Positions 56,069 to 64,000 of a DNA stretch of 64,000 nt are shown here, one piece after another; within the stretch, counting starts at the first letter, position 1, and every line of letters starts with the position of its first letter. The DNA is from an uncultured bacterium (GTDB lineage: Bacteria; Actinomycetota; Acidimicrobiia; Spongiisociales; UBA5794), in NCBI GenBank assembly GCA_963801165.1, contig CAWDDT010000009.1:192001-256000 (forward strand), in the 5' to 3' direction. Under the pieces are notes generated by a model, which did not search any database, was not told the origin of the DNA, and saw nothing but the letters and a program-made list of their open reading frames with translations. The translations under genes and the position numbers were made by a program.

Positions 56069-57061
56069 TCAGGCTCGTATCTCTTGTCGCATGAACACCA
56101 CATAGGCAGCAGCAAAGCTGACGACGGTCAGGGCCACCAGCCCGACGATCTGCGGCCACACCAGCAGCAGGCTCTGGTCGAGCGACAGGTCCGTGATGAT
56201 GGCCCGATCGAGTTGCTGGATCGTGACGACGCCCACTGCCCGCACCTCAGGGTCGAGGAGCGCGCTGGTAGCGTCGTCGTAGAGCGTGATCGGCGACAGC
56301 CGGGACAGGTTCTGCTCCACCTGGGCGTTGTGGAGGATCTGTGCCGGTGCGGCGTCGGCGGGCGCGGGAGCGATGACGTCGGCGAGCAGTTGCACCAGAA
56401 GAGCGGCGAACAGGGCGAGCACCAGCCATGTGGCGATGGCGACCATCGCCGACGACGATGCCCTGCGCAGCGCGACCGAGCACAGCATCGCAAACGCAAG
56501 CCAGAAACCAACGTAGAGGATGGCGACCACCAGCCACAGGAGCAGCCGGATCGCCTCGCTGAGTGTCGGCGTGATGCCGAGCCGGAAGATGCCGAGCCCG
56601 GCCACGATCAACACCAATGTTGTCAACATGACACCGATCACCACCAGACCGGCGACGAACTTCCCGTTGATGACGTCGTCGCGGTGGATCGGCTGGGCAA
56701 CCAGGCGCGGCAATGTGCCCTGAGCCCGTTCCCCGCTTATGGCGTCGAACCCGAACGCGATGCCGAGAATGGGCGCCAGGAACCCGATGAGGGCAAAGAA
56801 CGAGAACGGCATCGGAGCGGCGGAGATAGTAAACAGACGGAGGAACAGCGACGGTGTGCCCGAGGCCTGGGGAGCGACGTTGCGAATTCCCGTAGCCGCG
56901 GTATAGACGGCACCGGCCGCAGCCAGCGACAGGATGATCAGCAGCACGATGAAGCGCGCCGAGAGGAGATTGTCGGCGAGTTCCTTGCGGGCCACGACGC
57001 GCCAGCCACGGGAGCGCTGTCTGATCAGAACGGTCGTCGGGCCCTCAGAGGTTGTTGTCAT
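56069..57061 (-). CDS. ABC-2 family permease
   Basis: VARKELAD and GFDAISGER..GTL.R...QPI.RD.VI.GK motifs. Confidence 0.88.
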   Translation of the reverse strand: MTTTSEGPTTVLIRQRSRGWRVVARKELADNLLSARFIVLLIILSLAAAGAVYTAATGIRNVAPQASGTPSLFLRLFTISAAPMPFSFFALIGFLAPILGIAFGFDAISGERAQGTLPRLVAQPIHRDDVINGKFVAGLVVIGVMLTTLVLIVAGLGIFRLGITPTLSEAIRLLLWLVVAILYVGFWLAFAMLCSVALRRASSSAMVAIATWLVLALFAALLVQLLADVIAPAPADAAPAQILHNAQVEQNLSRLSPITLYDDATSALLDPEVRAVGVVTIQQLDRAIITDLSLDQSLLLVWPQIVGLVALTVVSFAAAYVVFMRQEIRA

Positions 57062-58001
57062 CTGCGCTCTCCTGTTCGAAGAAGTGGTGGTAGATGTCGG
57101 CCAGGTCGGTGCCGAGTCTCCGCACTTGCCACACGTCGATTCCGGTGGTGGCCAGGGTGCGCACGATGGCGGGCACGTCGGGGGCGACCGCAGTGACTTG
57201 CCACAGACCGGGGCCTGTGCCGGAGGGAGGAACAACTGCGGTCACTCCCGGCGCCGCGGCCAGCGCCGCGCGGATCTCATCGGTGGGTCCTGTGGCACCG
57301 ATTTCGATGGTCGACAGACCGTCACTCTCAGCGAGCTCGTCGGGGCTGCCGCAGGCTATGAGCTTGCCCGCAACGAAGATACCGACTCGATCGCAGACGG
57401 CTTGAACCTGGTTGAGGAGATGACTCGACAACAGGAGGGTGACGCCACGCTCCCTGGCCAGGCTGCGAATCAGCCCGAGGATCTCGATGACACCTTCGGG
57501 GTCGATGGCGGCAGTGGGCTCGTCGAGAATCAGGATTTCCGGGTCTTTGACGAGAGCGTCGGCGAGCCCGAGACGTTGCAGCATGCCCCGGGAATAGGTG
57601 CCCGCGAGTGAGTCGGAGGCACCGTTCAGACCGACGAGGTCGAGGAGCTCGGAGATGCGTGCCTCGCCCGACGCACGCGAGAGCCCGTTTAGCCGTGCCG
57701 TGTAGCGAAGGTTCTCCCGCCCGGTCAAGGACTCGTAGAAGCCGACGCTGTCCGGTAGGTAGCCGACGACCCGTTTCACGTCCAGGGGTCGTCGGACCGG
57801 GTCGACACCGGCGACGCGGACGGTGCCGGAGGATGGCTCGGCGAGCCCGAGCAGCATCAGGATCGTCGTTGTCTTGCCGGCCCCGTTTGGTCCGAGCAGG
57901 CCGAAGATCTCACCGCGTTCGACCTCGAGGTCGAGATGGTCGACGGCCGTCAGCTCGCCGTACCGTTTGGTGAGCGCTCGTGAGGCGATGGCGGTCTCCA
58001 T
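57045..58001 (-). CDS. ABC transporter ATP-binding protein
   Basis: GPNGAGKTT, YSRGM, ILDEPT and SSH. Confidence 0.92.
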   Translation of the reverse strand: METAIASRALTKRYGELTAVDHLDLEVERGEIFGLLGPNGAGKTTTILMLLGLAEPSSGTVRVAGVDPVRRPLDVKRVVGYLPDSVGFYESLTGRENLRYTARLNGLSRASGEARISELLDLVGLNGASDSLAGTYSRGMLQRLGLADALVKDPEILILDEPTAAIDPEGVIEILGLIRSLARERGVTLLLSSHLLNQVQAVCDRVGIFVAGKLIACGSPDELAESDGLSTIEIGATGPTDEIRAALAAAPGVTAVVPPSGTGPGLWQVTAVAPDVPAIVRTLATTGIDVWQVRRLGTDLADIYHHFFEQESADDNNL

Positions 58002-58005
58002 CGCC

Positions 58006-59172
58006 TCACCTGCGTCCGAAGCGCTGGAAGACAACACCGAGGCCGGCGATGACCACGACAATCAGGCCGAGGCTGACACCACCCCACAGCACCGAGGTCT
58101 TCACTGTGGTTCTCAGGTCCATGCTTGCTTGCGCGGCATCCGTTGACGATCGGATGGTGACGATGTAGTCGCCCGTAACCGCATCCTGGGAGGGGGTGAT
58201 GATGGCGTTGACCTGGGCGGTCTCACCCGGTGCCACTGCCGCGATCCCGGCAGGATCAAAGCTCACGTCCCAACCCGACGGTGCGGTTGCGTTCAGTTGC
58301 ACGTTCTCCAGGGGGGCCGTTCCGGTGTTGACGAGCACCATCGGCACCTCGGTCGCGGCTCCAGCATGCACGTCGGCGTTGAGCCGCTGGTCCGGTGTCG
58401 ACAGTGTGGCCGAGTAGCTGCCTGTTATCTCCACGCTGAGTGCGGCGCTGACGGTTGTGTCCGCTCCGGTGGCATTGACCGTGATCGGGTAGGTGCCCGC
58501 GGCCGCGTCCGACCGCGGCGTGACCGCGACCGTCATCCGGCCCGATGCGCCGGCGGCGACGGTCAGGGTGGCCGCCTGTGACTCACCTGATGGCTTCACG
58601 TCGATGGTCCAGCCGGCGGGCCCATCGGCGCCGAGAGAGAACTCGGCGTCCTTTGGTGTCTGGTTGTCGAGCGTCAGATCGAATGAGAAGCTGGCGTCGG
58701 ATGATCCTCGCAGCACCGGGAAGTCGGTGCTCAGCGTCATGGTCCCGCCGACGGCTTCGGAGACCTGCAGTTCGAGCTGCAGGGTCGATTTCCCCGACGG
58801 TGAGTCGGCCTGGGCCGTGATCTTGTAGTCACCGGCGGCGGCATCGGTGGGTACGTCTGCTTCGAGCGTGAGATGCGGCATGTCGGCAGAGTTGACGATG
58901 ACCTGATCGACGATGAACCCGCCACCGCGGATATTTACCGGCCATCCGTCGGGCGCGTCGGTGACAGCGAACGAGACGCGCTCGCCGTCCGGTGCGGCGA
59001 CGGTGAGGGGGAATGATGCGGTCTCACCCGGTGTGACCGCTACCCCGGCGTACGGGGTCGATAGCGTTACTCCGGTGGTCGCATCCTGGGCTACTGCCGG
59101 CAGCACCGGGAGCGCCAACAGCGCCACCACGCCCAGCAGGAGCACAGCGGCGCGCTTCAGCTTCTTGAACAC
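58006..59172 (-). CDS. Secreted, C-terminally anchored NEW3/COG1470 beta-sandwich repeat protein
   Basis: Signal peptide; three Ig-like repeats (P.GW...AG.Y.IT); C-terminal TM followed by FGRR. Confidence 0.8.
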   Translation of the reverse strand: MFKKLKRAAVLLLGVVALLALPVLPAVAQDATTGVTLSTPYAGVAVTPGETASFPLTVAAPDGERVSFAVTDAPDGWPVNIRGGGFIVDQVIVNSADMPHLTLEADVPTDAAAGDYKITAQADSPSGKSTLQLELQVSEAVGGTMTLSTDFPVLRGSSDASFSFDLTLDNQTPKDAEFSLGADGPAGWTIDVKPSGESQAATLTVAAGASGRMTVAVTPRSDAAAGTYPITVNATGADTTVSAALSVEITGSYSATLSTPDQRLNADVHAGAATEVPMVLVNTGTAPLENVQLNATAPSGWDVSFDPAGIAAVAPGETAQVNAIITPSQDAVTGDYIVTIRSSTDAAQASMDLRTTVKTSVLWGGVSLGLIVVVIAGLGVVFQRFGRR

Positions 59173-59436
59173 TTGGTCCTCCTCGAACGCGCGCCCTCGA
59201 GGCGCGCAATGTCTGGTTTCTGCCCCTCACGGATACCGAACCGCAGATAAAGCCCGTGTAAAAGCGTGACCGGATCCCGGATCCGGGCTCGGGGCGAATC
59301 GTGGATCTACGGTCGGGTCAGCATGGAATTCCGGTCCGGGCCGTGCCCCGACGGCCTCGCCGCGGGCGGATCGCAGATCGGGTCAACCCGGACTGGGTAG
59401 CATCCGATAGTCTGGACGAAGGGCTCCGAAGAAATC

Positions 59437-60171
59437 ATGGATCGATACCGAACACCGACAGTCAGCCTCGCCGAGGCCTATCACGTGGCGCAGCGCTGGC
59501 TCACGTTCCTCGGTGCGGTGCCCGAGCAGATAACCGAGCCGGCAGACGGCATCATCGAGTTGCGCAGCCCGGGTCTCGTCACCCGCATCAAGTTCGATCG
59601 GGCCGCGGTGACCCCATCCGCGATCCTGGCGTTGCTTCACGCAACCGATGGCGAACCGGTGCGACGGCTGCTGTTCTCGGTCACGGGCTTCACCGAGGGT
59701 GCGAAGTCGCTCGGAGAGAGCCGTGGTTTCGGCCTGCTCGACATCGACGCGATCGGTGATGTCCACGCCCACACAACGTACGCCCGCAGCCTGGTGCCGA
59801 GCGAGCCACTCGAGCCGGCGTTCCTCCATTCCCCGAACCCGGAGAGTGAGACGATCGAAGCGCAGATGAACCCCTTTGGCCCGATCGAGGACGCCTCCAA
59901 GGAGTGGGTCGACTGCCCGCGTTGCGGGGTCACCCAGCATCATTCCGTGGAGGTATGCGTGTCGTGTGGGGCCGATATATCGCCGCGGGCCCGGATGGCT
60001 TCTGCACAATCGCCGCTGAGCGGACAGGCTCCGATGGTGGCCGCCCGGCCGAACCTCGTCGGCCAGCCGGCTCCACCGGCCACCTCGGTACCGCGGGCCC
60101 CTGCCGGTGCTCCCCGGCTGCGCTGCCGCACCTGTGGCAGCCACGACATCGAGCTGCAACACGGCGGCTGA
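59437..60171 (+). CDS. Degenerate Mrr-like restriction-endonuclease-fold protein with C-terminal zinc ribbons
   Basis: ADGIIE.R...TRIK....V...I..L and FSVTGFT..A resemble Mrr_cat; CPRC, CVSC and CRTC motifs. Confidence 0.5.
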   Translation: MDRYRTPTVSLAEAYHVAQRWLTFLGAVPEQITEPADGIIELRSPGLVTRIKFDRAAVTPSAILALLHATDGEPVRRLLFSVTGFTEGAKSLGESRGFGLLDIDAIGDVHAHTTYARSLVPSEPLEPAFLHSPNPESETIEAQMNPFGPIEDASKEWVDCPRCGVTQHHSVEVCVSCGADISPRARMASAQSPLSGQAPMVAARPNLVGQPAPPATSVPRAPAGAPRLRCRTCGSHDIELQHGG

Positions 60172-60176
60172 GCACG

Positions 60177-60962
60177 TTGTTCACCTGGGATCCGCAGCAG
60201 TACTCGAGATTCGACGATCATCGGCTCAGACCGGCGCTTGATCTGCTCGCCCGCGTGCATCACGGGGATCCCCGACTCATCTACGACATCGGGACCGGGC
60301 GCGGGCAGTTGGCCCGGTTGATGTCCGATCGCTGGCCGAACGCAGATGTGATCGGGACGGACACATCGACCGCGATGCTTGCCGATGCAGCGCTGGTACC
60401 CAGCCGGGTGCGTTGGGTCGGGCAGGACGTGCGTGCCTGGGATCCTCCCGAGCACCCCGACATCATCTTCTCGAACGCGGTGCTCCACTGGGTGCCCGAT
60501 CACGACGGGCTGATCGTGACCCTTGCAGAGTCCCTACAGCCGGATGGGATGCTGGCGATCCAGATGCCGCTCAGTTGGAGTGAGCCGTCGCACCGGCTGA
60601 TGCGTGAGGTATTGGGGGGCACGGGCGAGGGCGGGCCAATCGGGCCCGAAGAGCTGAGGGAGCGCATAGGGAGACGACCGGTCGCAGACCCGGAGCACTA
60701 TCACGACCTGCTCCGTCCGCTCTGTGCCGACGTTGACGTCTGGAAGACGGTCTTCTACCAGGCGCTGAGCGGTGACGATCCTGTACTCGAATGGGTGAAG
60801 GGAACTGCCCTGCGCCCGATCCTCGAGGAGCTTGGCGATGACGACCGCGATCGTTTCCTCGCCACCTACCGATCGAAACTACGGTCCGCGTACCCGCAAC
60901 GGCAGGACGGAACGACCCTCTACCCCTTCCCCCGCCTCTTCATCGTCGCCCGACACGGGTAG
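60177..60962 (+). CDS. tam: Trans-aconitate 2-methyltransferase-like SAM methyltransferase
   Basis: WDP.QY.RF...R.RP..DLL, DIGTGRG, NAVLHWVPDH, WVKGT.LRP and FPRLF motifs. Confidence 0.85.
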   Translation: MFTWDPQQYSRFDDHRLRPALDLLARVHHGDPRLIYDIGTGRGQLARLMSDRWPNADVIGTDTSTAMLADAALVPSRVRWVGQDVRAWDPPEHPDIIFSNAVLHWVPDHDGLIVTLAESLQPDGMLAIQMPLSWSEPSHRLMREVLGGTGEGGPIGPEELRERIGRRPVADPEHYHDLLRPLCADVDVWKTVFYQALSGDDPVLEWVKGTALRPILEELGDDDRDRFLATYRSKLRSAYPQRQDGTTLYPFPRLFIVARHG

Positions 60963-61055
60963 GCCGCAATGGGCGGATTGCTGTTTGCACCCGCCGGCGC
61001 ACCGAGCCCGGCGTTGCGGCGGCGAATATCATGATGGCGGCAGAAGGAGGAGCAG

Positions 61056-62696
61056 ATGGCTCTTGCTCACGATGCAGGCCCGACATCGGTACCGCTCATT
61101 CACCAGACGATTGGCGACAATCTGCGGGCCACGGTGGCCCGCTTCCGGGATGGGGAGGCGCTGGTCGTTCCGTACCAGAACGTCCGGCTCACCTACGCCG
61201 AGTTCGATGCAGAGGTCGACCGGGTGGCGCGCGGGCTGCTTGCCCTCGGGCTCGAAAAGGGAGATCGGATCGGTATCTGGAGCCCCAACAACGCCGAGTG
61301 GGTGCTGGTCCAATATGCGACGGCCCGTATGGGGGCGATCCTGGTCAACATCAACCCCGCTTACCGCACCAGCGAGCTCGAATATGCGCTCAACCAGTCG
61401 GGGTGCCGTTTTCTCGTCTCGGCGCCCGAGTTCCTCACAAGCGACTACCGGAAGATGGTTGCCGAGGTCGCCCCTTCCGTGCCCTCCCTGGAACGGACGA
61501 TCTTCCTCGATTCAGACGACTGGGACCAGCTGCTGTCGGGGGCGGAGACGGTGTCGCAACGAACACTCGATGAGATCTCAGCCGGGCTCGACCCGGGCGA
61601 TGCGATCAACATCCAGTACACGTCGGGGACGACTGGTTTTCCCAAGGGTGCCACGCTCAGCCACATCAACATCCTCAACAACGGATTCTTCGTCGGGGAG
61701 ATGTGCCGATACAGCAACGTCGACCGGGTGTGCATTCCCGTACCGTTCTATCACTGCTTCGGTATGGTGCTCGGCAATCTCGCTTGCACCACCCACGGGG
61801 CGGCAATTGTCGTTCCCGGACCCCGCTTCCTCCCGGACGCGGTGCTGCAAACGGTCAACGACGAGCGCTGCACCTCGCTGTACGGGGTACCCACCATGTT
61901 CATCGCAGCTCTCGGGCATCCCGGGGTCGCCAAATACGATTTGTCGTCGCTACGCACAGGGATCATGGCCGGCTCGCCATGTCCGGTTGAGGTGATGAAG
62001 CGGGTCATCTCCGATTTCAACATGACCGAGGTGACCATCGCTTACGGGATGACCGAGACCTCGCCGGTCTCTACACAGACCAGCCCGGACGACGATATCG
62101 ACCGCAGGGTCTCCACCGTCGGCCGGATCCACCCGCACGTCGAGGTGAAGATCGTCGATCCCGAGACCGGGGACACTGTGGGGCGGGGTGACTCCGGCGA
62201 GCTGTGCGCCCGTGGCTATTCGGTGATGATCGGCTATTGGAACGACCCCGAGCGAACCGCAGAGGCGATCGACGAGGGCGGCTGGATGCACACCGGTGAC
62301 CTCGCCACGATGGACGATGCGGGTTACGTCAACATCGTCGGCCGGATCAAGGACATGATCATCCGCGGCGGCGAGAACGTCTATCCCCGTGAGATCGAGG
62401 AGTTTCTCTACACCCACCCGGATGTTGTCGATGCCCAGGTCATCGGTGTTCCCGACGTCAAGTTCGGCGAGGAGATCATGGCGTGGGTGACACAGCGGGA
62501 GGGCGCCAACCTCACCGAAGAAGGGCTCAAGGAGTTCTGCAAGGGCAAGATCGCCCACTTCAAGATCCCCCGGTACGTGCGGTTCGTACCCGAGTTCCCG
62601 ATGACCGTCACCGGCAAGGTGCAGAAGTTCAAGATGCGAGAGATGGCCATCGAGCAGCTTGGTCTCCAGGACGCGGCCGCCATCGAGTCTGCGTAG
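61056..62696 (+). CDS. Fatty acyl-CoA synthetase (ACSF2/YngI-like)
   Basis: [42 protein letters not shown] and TGKVQK motifs. Confidence 0.92.
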   Translation: MALAHDAGPTSVPLIHQTIGDNLRATVARFRDGEALVVPYQNVRLTYAEFDAEVDRVARGLLALGLEKGDRIGIWSPNNAEWVLVQYATARMGAILVNINPAYRTSELEYALNQSGCRFLVSAPEFLTSDYRKMVAEVAPSVPSLERTIFLDSDDWDQLLSGAETVSQRTLDEISAGLDPGDAINIQYTSGTTGFPKGATLSHINILNNGFFVGEMCRYSNVDRVCIPVPFYHCFGMVLGNLACTTHGAAIVVPGPRFLPDAVLQTVNDERCTSLYGVPTMFIAALGHPGVAKYDLSSLRTGIMAGSPCPVEVMKRVISDFNMTEVTIAYGMTETSPVSTQTSPDDDIDRRVSTVGRIHPHVEVKIVDPETGDTVGRGDSGELCARGYSVMIGYWNDPERTAEAIDEGGWMHTGDLATMDDAGYVNIVGRIKDMIIRGGENVYPREIEEFLYTHPDVVDAQVIGVPDVKFGEEIMAWVTQREGANLTEEGLKEFCKGKIAHFKIPRYVRFVPEFPMTVTGKVQKFKMREMAIEQLGLQDAAAIESA

Positions 62697-62777
62697 AGCG
62701 AGTCTCGGCGTCGCAGAGCCGGGCGCCACGACGAGGTGCGGATGTCGACCAAATGCCCGGGGATCCGGCGTGGGGTC

Positions 62778-63455
62778 TCACAACTCGACCCGGTCGTCCT
62801 TTTCCTCGTCGTAGTAGTCGAGGCGGTGGATCGGGGCAACCAGCGAGGTCAGGAAGTTCATGACGTGGGCGGTGATCCGTTTCAGGAACCGGAAGTAGAG
62901 CGTCCTGGCGACTGCGTCTGACGCCTGCCCCTCCGACTTGAAAGCCGCTTTGACATTGTTGTCGAATTCATCGAAGTAGGTGTCGCCCTTTGCGATCAGC
63001 TCGCGGGCTCCGTCGGCGTCATGGGTCTCGAACACCTCGATGGCGTCGCAGATGAACTGGCCGACGCGATCGCGATGGCCGGCGAGGAACTCGACGTCTT
63101 CGGCGCTGGTGAAATCGGTTCCGAACTTGGCCAGGTCGTACAGGTTCTTGGCGTAGTCCCCGACTCGCTCGACATCTTTGACGATGCTCATGTACGCAAG
63201 GGTCTCCGCCAGATCAATCGTGGGGCTGACCGATGCGTGCATCATGAGATCGCGCCGCACCTGCTGTTGGGCGAGGTTGATCTCCCGGTCGGTCTTCTTC
63301 AGGCCCTTCTTCGTGGATTTCGAGGTTCCGCCACCGAAGACCGCATCCATGGCGTCGTCGTAGTTCTGCCTGGCGTTCTGCATCATCTCGACGAGGGTCT
63401 TTTCGACCTCGTCGATGGTTGAACGACCGCCGCCTCTGAAGAAATCGAAGACCAA
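62778..63455 (-). CDS. PhoU-domain protein
   Basis: D.EIN, KDVERVGDY..N and KRI..H..N helical-bundle motifs; downstream of the Na/Pi transporter. Confidence 0.8.
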   Translation of the reverse strand: MVFDFFRGGGRSTIDEVEKTLVEMMQNARQNYDDAMDAVFGGGTSKSTKKGLKKTDREINLAQQQVRRDLMMHASVSPTIDLAETLAYMSIVKDVERVGDYAKNLYDLAKFGTDFTSAEDVEFLAGHRDRVGQFICDAIEVFETHDADGARELIAKGDTYFDEFDNNVKAAFKSEGQASDAVARTLYFRFLKRITAHVMNFLTSLVAPIHRLDYYDEEKDDRVEL

Positions 63456-63465
63456 GTGGTCCCTC

Positions 63466-64000
63466 CTATCTGAGAATCAGGATACCCGCGAGGGGTATTG
63501 CGACGAACACGGTGAGTGTGTACCCGAGGGCCACGGACTTCCGGTGCATAGCGACGTCGGCCAATCGGTCGGCGATGGCAACCGGCAGGTATCGGGTCTT
63601 CCGCCATGGGTAGATGAGGAGGATACCGAGCACGTTGAAGACCGTGTGGGTCACGGCAATCGTCAGCCCGTCGATCTGGCCGGTCCCCAGGGCAGCCAGC
63701 AACGCCGTGACGGTGGTACCCACGTTGGCGCCAAGAGTTATCGGGTAGGCGTTCCTCACGAGCAGGATGCCGGAGGCGACAAGCGGGATGAGGATCGAAG
63801 TCGTGATGCTGGACGATTGCACGGCGACAGTAACCAGCATCCCGACGACCATGCCCACCGTGCCGCTTCTCGACAGCGCAGCGTTGAGCGAGCGTTCGAC
63901 CCGCGCCGCCACCATGACACGCATGTTCTTGGTGATGAACGCGAGCGTGAGGAAGATCAGCGCGACGCCCGCTATCAGGAGCACAGTCGCCAGAAGCTTC
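63466..64000 (-). CDS. Na+/phosphate cotransporter (SLC34/NptA-like), 5' part outside the window
   Basis: VQSSSITTS and YPITLGANVGTT.TA motifs. Confidence 0.88.
   Translation of the reverse strand, partial: KLLATVLLIAGVALIFLTLAFITKNMRVMVAARVERSLNAALSRSGTVGMVVGMLVTVAVQSSSITTSILIPLVASGILLVRNAYPITLGANVGTTVTALLAALGTGQIDGLTIAVTHTVFNVLGILLIYPWRKTRYLPVAIADRLADVAMHRKSVALGYTLTVFVAIPLAGILILR

Noticed and set aside
61056-62696. Second adenylate-forming enzyme as part of the pyrrole system
   Set aside because: About 38 kb away and a typical fatty acyl-CoA synthetase with no linked carrier protein.

Overview
High-GC, gene-dense bacterial DNA of Actinomycetota type. GlnR, glnII, glnA2, a CutRS-like pair and Cys-containing 'GCNPP' S-layer-homology repeats suggest Acidimicrobiia (inference). 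I found no rRNA, tRNA, IS element or CRISPR array. About 0.15-26.8 kb is a surface-glycan locus: five GT4 glycosyltransferases (one fused to a GNAT), a WecA-like initiator, a PglF/CapD-like dehydratase, a Wzy/GT-C-like protein, a Wzc-like co-polymerase with dead kinase motifs, a CE4 deacetylase, a free GNAT, an ABC-2 exporter and three secreted or surface enzymes. Embedded in it is a three-gene cassette: a carrier protein, a stand-alone adenylation enzyme whose hand-read specificity code is DLFYLALVCK, and an AnaB/PltE-type dehydrogenase. This looks like proline-to-pyrrole(-ine)-2-carbonyl machinery, but no PKS, NRPS or halogenase lies nearby. The best hypothesis is a pyrrolyl/prolyl-acylated cell-surface glycan, and this is the main finding. 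The rest is a nitrogen module (glnA2-glnR divergent from glnII, with four phased GlnR boxes), serA-DUF1015, a purine uptake/catabolism block, an ECF sigma coupled to an Ogt-AdaN protein, a CutRS-like/ABC operon and housekeeping genes. All family calls come from motif reading and recall, not database searches. Many starts were moved downstream of the ORF-track starts using stop/start overlaps and RBSs.
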